Below, piece by piece: positions 55,596 to 63,817 of a stretch of 64,000 bases of DNA. Below the pieces are notes generated by a model. It did no database searches, had not been told where the DNA came from, and saw nothing but the letters and a program-made list of their open reading frames with translations. The translations under genes were made by a program, and so were the position numbers. This stretch comes from a virus. The stretch is taken from IMG/VR virus record IMGVR_UViG_3300028608_000011, positions 20,008-84,007 of that record; one strand, 5' to 3'. How positions within the stretch are numbered: the first letter of the stretch is position 1; every line of letters starts with the position of its first letter.

Positions 55596-55981
55596 TACAC
55601 ACCTCGGTCTGTGCAGGCTGAGTCATGCGCCGGCAGGAGCCCGTTGCATTTCTCACAGTGTGGTGGGCGAATGTCCAACCCGTAGGCTGACAGGTAGTTA
55701 CCCACCGTCTCGCAGGTGTCGGCCGACCACTCTTCGCCGTCCATTTCGATACGCACGGCGTCGAGGCATTCCAGCATTTCGGCGGTGCGCCAGAGCTGCT
55801 TACGGTTGGGCACCCGCTTGCTGCCCGGCACCGCCGAATCTTTCAACAGCTGTGCCAGATAGGCCGGGGTCATGCCGGAGGCCTCGGCCTCCTCGCGGGT
55901 CTTGAACAGGGTGTGGACGTCGCTGTACTCGAAGACAGACGACTCAACCTGTTGCGTTTGCGGGTTCAGGAAGTAGCGCAT
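55595..55981 (-). CDS. Hypothetical protein
   Basis: GGAGG RBS; EWSADT motif; C-terminal CxxC..H..C. Confidence 0.65.
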   Translation of the reverse strand: MRYFLNPQTQQVESSVFEYSDVHTLFKTREEAEASGMTPAYLAQLLKDSAVPGSKRVPNRKQLWRTAEMLECLDAVRIEMDGEEWSADTCETVGNYLSAYGLDIRPPHCEKCNGLLPAHDSACTDRGV

Positions 55982-56784
55982 GGAGCCTCCCAGACGAAGC
56001 ATCCGGTGGATTCGATGGCGGCTTTGAACTCCGCCACCATGTTCGGCAGGCGAGCCTCCAGCAGGGCTGTCAGCTCTTCCTTGGGCATGCTGAGTTGCTC
56101 GTCGGTGGCGTCCGGCCAGATCCCGCAGTTGCGGGCGGCGGCGAAGTCGCGCTCTTTACCCTCGCCAACCTTCCAGCACGGCTCCCAGAACAGGCGAGGC
56201 ACCGTCGATGGCATCTGCGCCGAATCGAGCATGTCCTGCAAGCGATAGAGCGGCAAGTTGCTGATGTCTTCATCGGCACTGAGCGCGGTCTTCAATGCGC
56301 AGCCTGTGGCGTCGGCACGCAGGCTCCACACTGGCTCCTTCGACCGCCCGTTGACGATCTGGCGTTTCTCGCCTTTGGCAAGCCCCCAGCAATCTTTGTC
56401 GCTGGCGTGATACACAGTGTTGGCCACGTAGTGCATCGGGCTGTCGCTCGACATCAGGTGCCACTTGATCAGGTGCTTCAGCTCCGGGAAGACCTTGGCG
56501 ATCTCTTCGTGGCAGCACCCGCCGAAGTCCCAGTCTCGGGACTTCCAGTGGTCATACCAGCCATGGCCAGTCACCGCGAAGCTGTTGTGGCCGTTCTTGC
56601 AGTTGTCGTCGAAGCGCACCTCGGCGTGCATCAAGATCTTTTCGCCTTTCACCGTCTTGGTGCGGCGCTCGCTCACCCACTTCTGATGCATAAACAGGCC
56701 GGGCTTGCCGTCACGGCTTTGGCTGCCCCACGGTACAACGGTCAGCGTGCCAGGCACGCCGCAGAGAGTGGCTTTGGTTTCCAT
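55966..56784 (-). CDS. Conserved phage hypothetical protein (paralog of next gene)
   Basis: RFDDNCKNGH, GGCCHEEI..FPEL..LIKWHL..PMHY. Confidence 0.75.
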   Translation of the reverse strand: METKATLCGVPGTLTVVPWGSQSRDGKPGLFMHQKWVSERRTKTVKGEKILMHAEVRFDDNCKNGHNSFAVTGHGWYDHWKSRDWDFGGCCHEEIAKVFPELKHLIKWHLMSSDSPMHYVANTVYHASDKDCWGLAKGEKRQIVNGRSKEPVWSLRADATGCALKTALSADEDISNLPLYRLQDMLDSAQMPSTVPRLFWEPCWKVGEGKERDFAAARNCGIWPDATDEQLSMPKEELTALLEARLPNMVAEFKAAIESTGCFVWEAPCATS

Positions 56785-56796
56785 GATTGCTCCGAG

Positions 56797-57339
56797 TTAC
56801 GGGTGAAGTTTGAGGCCGGTAGCGGCCAGGTCGTCACGAAATTGCTGTTGGAGGGAAGGCAGGCGATCGCGCAAGGCCTGCGCCAGCACCGAAGGCTCTC
56901 CTAGGATCACCGACTCCGGCGCGTCCAGCCATTTGGCGGTCTTGCGAGCGAACTCAGTGTTGCCTTGCGCTGCCCAGTACAGTGTGTTGTCGAGGTAGTG
57001 CATCGGCTCGCCGTCAGATGACAGGTGCCACTTCACCAGATGGGCCAGCTCCGGCCAGAACTCTGTGGCCTGCTCAATATCCATAGGCCCGGTCACGCCA
57101 TCGAAGTCGCGGACGATGACAAAGGTGTTGGAGAGGTTGCTGAGGTGGCCACGAGCATACGAGATGCACACCTCGAAGCGTCCGCCCTTGCCGGGGAAGT
57201 CCCGGTACGCCACGAACATCTGTGGCTCCCACAACGTCCCGCCTGCTGACTTTCGCGACAGCAGGCCTTCGATGCCGAGTAGCGTGTGAGGAACCGCGAT
57301 GCTGTTGGCCTTTAGAAAGGCTGATTTGAAAGTGTTCAC
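56797..57339 (-). CDS. Hypothetical protein (paralog of previous gene)
   Basis: WPELAHLVKWHL..PMHYLDNT; AGGAG RBS. Confidence 0.72.
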   Translation of the reverse strand: MNTFKSAFLKANSIAVPHTLLGIEGLLSRKSAGGTLWEPQMFVAYRDFPGKGGRFEVCISYARGHLSNLSNTFVIVRDFDGVTGPMDIEQATEFWPELAHLVKWHLSSDGEPMHYLDNTLYWAAQGNTEFARKTAKWLDAPESVILGEPSVLAQALRDRLPSLQQQFRDDLAATGLKLHP

Positions 57340-57740
57340 GCTGACTCCTTGGCCAGTTGCTTTCTGACCTTGCTGACCAGCCGCCGGCTGATCGGAATGA
57401 TGTGAGGGCAGGCGCCGAGTCGGTCACCGAAGCGCACGCTGGTGATCACCTCGAACACCCAGTGGCTGCCTTTTCGCCAGTTGCTGCGCCCGGGCAGAAT
57501 CCCGGTCATTACCAGATAAGCGCGGTGGACGCGCATCACCTTGTCGCCCAGCGTGGCCTCGATCTCCACCAGCGGGATGTCGAGGGTGAACGAGCCGTTG
57601 CTCTTGGTGTGGGCCACGACCGCTTTGTGCTCGGCCTGGAAGAACGCGATGTTGTCGATCGGCGTCCTGATGAAGACGCCCAACCTGTACGCTTCGATGT
57701 ATTCAGGGGTGACGGCGTCGGGGTGTTTGAGGTTCGGCAT
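57336..57740 (-). CDS. Stand-alone LytTR DNA-binding domain protein (AlgR-like)
   Basis: IAFFQAEHK.V, LDIPL..E..G...RVHR.YLV, ISRR.V..VR. Confidence 0.82.
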   Translation of the reverse strand: MPNLKHPDAVTPEYIEAYRLGVFIRTPIDNIAFFQAEHKAVVAHTKSNGSFTLDIPLVEIEATLGDKVMRVHRAYLVMTGILPGRSNWRKGSHWVFEVITSVRFGDRLGACPHIIPISRRLVSKVRKQLAKESA

Positions 57741-58032
57741 AGGGCAGTCCTATGAGCAGGGCGTTCACGCACCGCAGCAGTTGGAGGTGGTACTTCATGG
57801 TCTTCGGCACGCAGTTGTCGTCCAGCCGTTTCGGTGTGAGGCTGCGGGACTTCGCCCACCATGGGCTGGCCCTGCCTTCCCACAGCGCGCTGACCAGTTC
57901 CTTGTGGGAGCGGCCCACCCAGTCTTCCAGCGCCGGGCTGGCGTAGGTGATCACGCCGTTGAGCTCGTACCAGTGGGAGGCGAGAGGGCGGCCTTCTTTA
58001 CCCTTCTGCCAGTAGACTGTGTAGTGGGCCAT
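57703..58032 (-). CDS. Hypothetical protein
   Basis: Tiled ORF. Confidence 0.6.
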   Translation of the reverse strand: MAHYTVYWQKGKEGRPLASHWYELNGVITYASPALEDWVGRSHKELVSALWEGRASPWWAKSRSLTPKRLDDNCVPKTMKYHLQLLRCVNALLIGLPYAEPQTPRRRHP

Positions 58033-58035
58033 GTC

Positions 58036-58344
58036 TCACCCCCAGACCACAAAGCGGTGCGGGTGCCATTCGTTGGGGAAGGTGTAGCTGTGCTCGGCTA
58101 CGTTGTGTTTGAGGCGGCCGTCCACTACCCGAACATCCGGCAGTAGGTCAACCGTCTCTACCCAGCATCCCTTAACGCCTACCAACTTGGCCATAGGCTT
58201 GAGCTGCAAAGTGCCTTGGACGTCGAAGTCCATCACTATCTTGCTCTGGTCGTCCACCGTAGGAACCATGTTGATGGGGCTGATGACGGTGCCGGCCGGC
58301 ATCAGCGAGAGCTGGGCCAGGGTGATGATGCGGAGTGGTTTCAT
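58036..58344 (-). CDS. Hypothetical protein
   Basis: TGATG coupling; L..MPAGTV. Confidence 0.65.
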   Translation of the reverse strand: MKPLRIITLAQLSLMPAGTVISPINMVPTVDDQSKIVMDFDVQGTLQLKPMAKLVGVKGCWVETVDLLPDVRVVDGRLKHNVAEHSYTFPNEWHPHRFVVWG

Positions 58345-58982
58345 CAGATGAACCCCTTGAACGCCACGTCGATGCGCAACGGGCGCGATTCATAGAAGAA
58401 CGTGCCGTTGCAATACGGGCACGTCGCCAGGCTGTCCCACATCTCGCCGCTACCCTTGGCAGGGCGGGCGATTTTCAGCCGGTGATCACAGCCGCCCGTG
58501 TTGGGGCAGTCAATCTCGTGGTGGGACTTGGTCAGGCAGCGCTGCCAGTAATCCTCGTAGCGCTGGATGGCGGCGGCCTTGTCTTCAGCGCTGCGCAGAT
58601 CCTGCGAGGTGGCCATCTCGCGGGGCAGGTCGCGCTGCTGGCTGACCTCGTACTCGGCGTCCATCATGTTCCAGCGCTTTTCAATGGCCGGGCCGGCGAT
58701 GCAGGCGCTGTAGCCCGCCTGAATGCACTCGTGCAGGGTCTGGTCGGGGAAGAAGCCTCGCGACCAGCCATCGGCGATGATGGTCTGCATCTTGGTGCCG
58801 GGCGCCCAGGCGCCGGCTGCCATTGCCAGTCGAGTGGCGATGGCGGGAAGCACGAGTCGGCCCGTTACTGTCGGCGCTACCGGCGGCTTCTGAATTCCTA
58901 GCCCGTTGCACGCTGTGCAAGTGTGGCCGGCACCGTCGTATTCGATCTTGGTGCCGTTGCAGGTTTTGCAGATGTTGTTCAT
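58344..58982 (-). CDS. Zinc-finger hypothetical protein
   Basis: CKTCNG..CTACNG and CP..C..CPYC. Confidence 0.7.
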   Translation of the reverse strand: MNNICKTCNGTKIEYDGAGHTCTACNGLGIQKPPVAPTVTGRLVLPAIATRLAMAAGAWAPGTKMQTIIADGWSRGFFPDQTLHECIQAGYSACIAGPAIEKRWNMMDAEYEVSQQRDLPREMATSQDLRSAEDKAAAIQRYEDYWQRCLTKSHHEIDCPNTGGCDHRLKIARPAKGSGEMWDSLATCPYCNGTFFYESRPLRIDVAFKGFI

Positions 58983-59452
58983 GGCTGCTCCCGGCTCTTG
59001 TATTTGTCGATTTTCGTAGTCAAGGTCGAAGTAGCGGGTGGCGGCGCCACGTACCCGCTGTGCTTGTCCGCGTCGTAGGCGAGCATGTCAGGCTCCTCAG
59101 CCAGCTCACCGATCAGCCAGCGCACGCAGTCCGCTTCGTAGCGCACCCGGTCGGGGTACTCGGAGCGGGCGATGGTGAACCCGTTGGTCATTTCCTGCAG
59201 GAACGTACCGCCACCTTTGCGCATGAGGATGGCGGTGAAGTTGGACTTGCCGTTTGACTCGGGCATTGGCCCTTCCCAGACGGTGAGGATAGGGCGCTCG
59301 GTCAGGTACTTCAGACCCAGGTCTCGAAGGCGCTGGATCTCGTCCAGCAGCTCCTGCACCACGCTGGCGGTGAAACAGCTGTCCTGCGCCACCAGCTGGA
59401 TGATCTGGTCATGCCGGTGGGAGTCGAGCGGTTTGATAATGCGATCGGTCAT
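58979..59452 (-). CDS. Conserved phage protein (Ead/Ea22-associated type domain)
   Basis: LLDEIQRL; W.GPMPESNGK.NFTAIL..RSEYPDRVRYEAD. Confidence 0.7.
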   Translation of the reverse strand: MTDRIIKPLDSHRHDQIIQLVAQDSCFTASVVQELLDEIQRLRDLGLKYLTERPILTVWEGPMPESNGKSNFTAILMRKGGGTFLQEMTNGFTIARSEYPDRVRYEADCVRWLIGELAEEPDMLAYDADKHSGYVAPPPATSTLTTKIDKYKSREQP

Positions 59453-59628
59453 GGCTTGGCTTCCAGTTTGGCGATCAGCGCCTTGTTGTTGGCGGTCAGG
59501 ATGTCCTTGGTCTCGCGGATCATCAGCGATTCCACGATGTTCAGGCAGTCCTGATACGAATAGTCGATGTTGAAGTGCCCGCGGATGATCGCCACGAGCT
59601 GCTCCGGGGTGTGGGCTTGGATGTTCAT
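59449..59628 (-). CDS. Small hypothetical protein
   Basis: ATGA coupling at both ends. Confidence 0.6.
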   Translation of the reverse strand: MNIQAHTPEQLVAIIRGHFNIDYSYQDCLNIVESLMIRETKDILTANNKALIAKLEAKP

Positions 59629-59984
59629 GCTCGGGCATCCTCTTCCAGCTGGTGCATCACCCACTCCCAGTAGCCGAGCAGGCTTTCCTCCCGATCGACT
59701 GCCTGGCGCCACTGGTACTGCTGATAGTCGGGGTGCTCGCTGGCAAACATCTTGCGCAACTGAGTTGGCGTGAGCGCTGCGGCGATCTTTGACAGGTCGA
59801 TTACCTCGCCGTCGTCCGATTCCCACGATGGCTCGCCGTCCTTCTCAACCTGAAACACGCAAGCCGTACCTTCGCGGCCTTGCTGGATGCGGCTCTGGAA
59901 GTAGTCGGCCGCCGTGTTAATGGCGGCATCCACGGCAGTTTCTGCCTCGACGTTGATCTCCCACTTTACGAGATACTGGTTCAT
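59625..59984 (-). CDS. Hypothetical protein
   Basis: WEINVEAET..DAA and HPDY..WR..V...LGYWEWV modules; AGGAG RBS. Confidence 0.7.
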   Translation of the reverse strand: MNQYLVKWEINVEAETAVDAAINTAADYFQSRIQQGREGTACVFQVEKDGEPSWESDDGEVIDLSKIAAALTPTQLRKMFASEHPDYQQYQWRQAVDREESLLGYWEWVMHQLEEDARA

Positions 59985-59996
59985 GCTGTTTCACTC

Positions 59997-60494
59997 CTAC
60001 AGGATCCCCTTGAGGATCAGTGATGCGTAAGCGTCAGGTTCATTGCAGCCGTCGGCGATTTGTTGCAGCGCGGCGCGCAGGCGGTCTGTCTCTTTGACCC
60101 GCTCCTCGGCGGCGTGCACGGTCTCGCCGCGCAACTCCACCTCGATCTTCTGACGCATCTGCTCCCGATCGTAGGCGGTGGTTTCTACGCCTTGACCGAC
60201 ACTGTTGAGCGTCCAATCGGTGAGGTAATGCTCGGCCAGGTTGAGCAGGTGGATCAGGCGTTCGACCTTCACCACCTGCTCGCGGTACAGGGTGTACTGC
60301 GGCGTCGGCCACATGGTGTGCTTGTTCTTGTCGCCGTCCATGCACACCATGCAGTTGTAGGTCAGCGGCTTGGGGCCATCGCTGGCCGAGGCACCTCCCT
60401 GCCCGCAGAGAATGCAGCGGTACTGCTGGCCCCTGTTCGGGGCCGCGTAGAAAGACTGCCAGCCGTTTTCGGCGTGCCCGATGGGGTAGGTCAT
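59997..60494 (-). CDS. Hypothetical protein with zinc finger
   Basis: CILC..CMVC; coiled-coil C-terminus. Confidence 0.7.
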   Translation of the reverse strand: MTYPIGHAENGWQSFYAAPNRGQQYRCILCGQGGASASDGPKPLTYNCMVCMDGDKNKHTMWPTPQYTLYREQVVKVERLIHLLNLAEHYLTDWTLNSVGQGVETTAYDREQMRQKIEVELRGETVHAAEERVKETDRLRAALQQIADGCNEPDAYASLILKGIL

Positions 60495-60772
60495 GGCTCC
60501 CTCCGAAGTACATGCTCAGGTTTCGGCCGCCGTCCTTCACCGAACAGCACAAGGCGATCCAGCTGGCTGAGTTTCGCCAGCGCCTCGTTGCGCGCCACCT
60601 CGACGTCAACCACCTGCGGCTCGATCTTGTAGCGGCAGTCGATGCCGTACTTGCCTTGGGTTGCGGCCTTATCGAAAGAGGCGGACACCAGCGTTCCGCC
60701 TTTGTCGGTGTTGTCCATCCCGTCGACCCCGCCACCGGCGGAGAGAACGAGGTAAACGATGCGGTCGGTCAT
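60491..60772 (-). CDS. Hypothetical protein
   Basis: GAGGTG RBS; ALAKLS.LDRLVL. Confidence 0.7.
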   Translation of the reverse strand: MTDRIVYLVLSAGGGVDGMDNTDKGGTLVSASFDKAATQGKYGIDCRYKIEPQVVDVEVARNEALAKLSQLDRLVLFGEGRRPKPEHVLRREP

Positions 60773-60773
60773 G

Positions 60774-61880
60774 TCACTTCACCTCTTCGATGTCGCACTT
60801 GTCGATGCGGGTGGTGATGAATCCCTCGGTGCCGATGAAGGTGCCGACCTGCTGCAACCAGACCCAGTCACCCCAGTAGCCGCGGATGTCGCAGAGCACC
60901 GGGTCAAGGCGGCTGAAGCCCCATATGGTGTTGTGCGGGGTGACCAGCGCGCGGCTGCCTACCTCGGGCCAGACTTCTGGCGGAGTGATGGCAGGTTCTG
61001 CGCTAGTTAGCGCGTCTTCTGCGGTTGTGACGGCGGGAATCTCGGTCATCGCCGCGCTCGCAATTTCAGCGCCTTCCAGACCCAGCCAGCCGATCACGTC
61101 GGGCACCCCCTCCGGGTTGTCTCGCAGCCAGATCTTCAGGGCGTCCTTGATGCAGGCTGCGTGGCTGGCGTGACCACCGACGGTGAGGGTTCCGAGCGTC
61201 CAGCATTCGCCTTCACTCTTCAAGTTGGTGAACCGGAACCCTTGCTTGATCAGCATGCGCTTTATGGCGCCGAGTACCGGGCCTTCGGGGTTCATGTTGT
61301 GGCCCGGAAACTTGTCGGAGAAGGTTTCGTAACGCTTGGAGGGCTGGCTCTGGCTGTGCGGGCGCATCCGAGGATTGCGCGCCCAGACCTCTTCCATGGT
61401 GGTGATCGCGTCACGCCAGGCAGCTTCCTCGGTGGGGAACAACGCGCTGACCCGGTGGTTATGCTCGGCGCGCCAGTAGTGGGTTCCCTCGCCGATGGTG
61501 TGGGGCTCGACCTTGATGCCGGCGCTCTGCGCGGTGCGGATACCGTCGTACAGGCCGATGAGGTGCCAGTAGGCATTCTTCGCCGCGGCTTCCAGCGTGT
61601 GGAAATGCGACCCGGTCGTGCCGAACTTGGTCAGGTGATCCCAGCCCCAGCGCCGCTCGGCCACATCAAGGTTGTTGCCGTGATCGAAAGTGAACTCGAA
61701 GCCTTCCTTGTCCAGCAACACAAAGTGCTGCGGCATCGACGGGAAGTTGGGGTAGGTGCCGTGGAGCAGGTGCTGATCCATCTCGTCCTTGCTGGGGTAG
61801 GCGTGCTGCGAGGTGTAGGCGCGGTTGCGCCACAACGCGATGATGTTGCAATCCTTCAGGCGATGCTCGACTTTGCTCAT
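60774..61880 (-). CDS. Multidomain hypothetical protein
   Basis: 368-aa ORF with AGGA RBS. Confidence 0.75.
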   Translation of the reverse strand: MSKVEHRLKDCNIIALWRNRAYTSQHAYPSKDEMDQHLLHGTYPNFPSMPQHFVLLDKEGFEFTFDHGNNLDVAERRWGWDHLTKFGTTGSHFHTLEAAAKNAYWHLIGLYDGIRTAQSAGIKVEPHTIGEGTHYWRAEHNHRVSALFPTEEAAWRDAITTMEEVWARNPRMRPHSQSQPSKRYETFSDKFPGHNMNPEGPVLGAIKRMLIKQGFRFTNLKSEGECWTLGTLTVGGHASHAACIKDALKIWLRDNPEGVPDVIGWLGLEGAEIASAAMTEIPAVTTAEDALTSAEPAITPPEVWPEVGSRALVTPHNTIWGFSRLDPVLCDIRGYWGDWVWLQQVGTFIGTEGFITTRIDKCDIEEVK

Positions 61881-61895
61881 AATTCTTAGTCCTAA

Positions 61896-62366
61896 TTAAA
61901 TGCCCAACTCGTTGATATGGTTGACTATCTCCGGGAAATCCCGAGGGTAGTCCTTCCACAGTTCCTGATCCTTGCGGGTGTACCCGTACAGCTTCTGGGC
62001 CTCCCAGCGGATCCAGGTGCGCGCCTCCTCCTTGTCACGGAAGTGGCGGTAGATCTTGGCCAGCGCCGCGAACGACGCATCCCCGCGCGAGGTCAGGGGC
62101 AGGCCAAGGAACGCCGCGATGGCGCCCTCGGCCTTGAACCCGCCGTACTCGACAAAGCCGCGGTGGTTCCAGTGCAGACCCGCCTTGTGGAAGCGCGGAT
62201 CGTGCGAGGCGAAATACCGGAACAGCTCCTCCAGCATTTCGTGAGAGTGCAGGGTGTCCCCGTGCCTGCCGAGGTACACCTCATCAAACAGACAGTCCAC
62301 CATCCCCCAGTGATCTCGGATAATTGGCTGCGTGTGCATTGCTACGACCTTGGGAACCTCACCCAT
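61896..62366 (-). CDS. Hypothetical protein
   Basis: 156-aa ORF between intergenic gaps (start may be internal). Confidence 0.7.
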   Translation of the reverse strand: MGEVPKVVAMHTQPIIRDHWGMVDCLFDEVYLGRHGDTLHSHEMLEELFRYFASHDPRFHKAGLHWNHRGFVEYGGFKAEGAIAAFLGLPLTSRGDASFAALAKIYRHFRDKEEARTWIRWEAQKLYGYTRKDQELWKDYPRDFPEIVNHINELGI

Positions 62367-62387
62367 TTGTGAGGATTGGTTAGGTTA

Positions 62388-62405
62388 TCTCGCTCAATAG
62401 CGAGG
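62388..62405. promoter_or_regulatory. Palindromic operator-like motif, copy 6 (CCTCGC-TATTGA-GCGAGA on - strand)
   Basis: Intergenic, 21 nt upstream of the 62366 start. Confidence 0.65.
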
Positions 62406-62409
62406 GATC

Positions 62410-63675
62410 TTAGTCTTCAGAGACACGGTACGGCTTGTGCTTGAAGGTGGGCAATCCGTGGCTGTCACGTCCGCTCTGGTAGAGCAGGCCATTGGTACTC
62501 CACAGCGGCTGGCGTGTCGACCGAAGCCGGCGCGCCCATGCCGCTTTCTCCGTGGAGGCAAACTTGATCTGCGTGGCCGCGTCGTACATGGCCTCGCCAC
62601 AGCGGAAGTGCGGGGACACCTCGGCAATGGCGATCGCTTCCTCAATTGCCTCGGCCGTGATGAACGTCTCCCCTCTCCTGCGTAGATCATAGACGGCAAA
62701 TTCCGTCCAGTTGGCAATGGATACGCCGGTAAGGAGCGAGATACCGACCAGAGTTTGCGCGCTCATCTTGTCGGCGCTGGCGAAGTTCTTGATCAGCTCA
62801 CGGGCGATCAGCACCTCGGCGTCGTGGTGGAACTGCTGCTGATCCCCGCGCAGATCCAGATCGGCCCACGGCTTTTCAAACACGCGGCGCACCGCCCGGT
62901 TGAACATCAGCGGAGTGATCTTGACCGGCGCGCGCTGCTCGGCAGCGAACTCACCCATCTCACCACCGTCCGGATCGAGCAGCCGCTCGACCTCGTGGAT
63001 GATGTCCGGTTGCAGCTTGGCGATCTTCTCCCGGGTGGAAGCGGCGTAGGCACCGTGGTCAATGAGCAGCCGGGCATACGACCCGGTGCGCGGCAACTCC
63101 AGCAGGTATTCCTGCCGCCGGCTGAGGTGGTTGTAGCGTTTGACGGCCTCCACGTCGTGGTGGATGTGCGGCCGGGCGCCGAAGCCGACCAAAGCCAGCG
63201 CGTTGGGCAGCGTGCACACCTTCAAGGGGGAGGGGAAGAACTCCATCACCTCCAGCGCGCGGTGGGCCAGCTTCTCGACCGTCTTGATCGGGATGCCGCC
63301 GAGCAGGTAGGGCACCAATGCCGGGCTGATGAGGTCAGCGCCGGGCAAACCGAAGGCCGGCTTCTGCAGCCAGGCGCAATACTGCGCGAGGATCCGGTCG
63401 CTGTAACGGGCCGGGCCGATGAGGATTCGCTCAGGCGCACCGGTGTCGAGACCCAGCGCATCGAGCAGGGAGCCTGCAAAAAGGGAGGCGGCAGTGAGCA
63501 TCTCGGGGCTGTCGTCACCGAGGTGAGAACCGAGGATGCGGTAGGCGGGCCGGGCCTCTCCGGCGGGCAGGTAGCAGCCGAAATTGGCCATGCGGGGGCG
63601 CCTCAAACTTTTCTGTCTTTGGGGGTTGACAGTGCCGAGAAGTTCTGAAACTTCGATTTTGGTCAAATTTCGCAT
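62410..63675 (-). CDS. Hypothetical protein, first gene of the leftward early region
   Basis: 421-aa ORF following the non-coding leader. Confidence 0.75.
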   Translation of the reverse strand: MRNLTKIEVSELLGTVNPQRQKSLRRPRMANFGCYLPAGEARPAYRILGSHLGDDSPEMLTAASLFAGSLLDALGLDTGAPERILIGPARYSDRILAQYCAWLQKPAFGLPGADLISPALVPYLLGGIPIKTVEKLAHRALEVMEFFPSPLKVCTLPNALALVGFGARPHIHHDVEAVKRYNHLSRRQEYLLELPRTGSYARLLIDHGAYAASTREKIAKLQPDIIHEVERLLDPDGGEMGEFAAEQRAPVKITPLMFNRAVRRVFEKPWADLDLRGDQQQFHHDAEVLIARELIKNFASADKMSAQTLVGISLLTGVSIANWTEFAVYDLRRRGETFITAEAIEEAIAIAEVSPHFRCGEAMYDAATQIKFASTEKAAWARRLRSTRQPLWSTNGLLYQSGRDSHGLPTFKHKPYRVSED

Positions 63676-63802
63676 GTTTATACGGCCTTTAAGCAGGGAG
63701 TCTTATGAAGTTAGCATAAAACGATAAAAAACGCCCCATTTCTGGTGAGAAAGAGGGAAAATCAGGGTTGTATAAAAGCATCATTAGAGCAAATGCTCGA
63801 AC

Positions 63803-63817
63803 TGTGGATAATTGACA
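63803..63817. promoter_or_regulatory. Perfect DnaA box (TGTGGATAA) abutting a TTGACA hexamer in the AT-rich non-coding region
   Basis: 63803-63811 is the reverse complement of TTATCCACA; TTGACA at 63812-63817. Confidence 0.45.

Noticed and set aside
16498-63648. Many long + strand ORFs opposite the - strand genes (e.g. 21986-23398, 25690-26907, 47453-48952)
   Set aside because: Antisense shadows of high-GC coding sequence; no motifs or RBS, and they lie opposite well-supported genes
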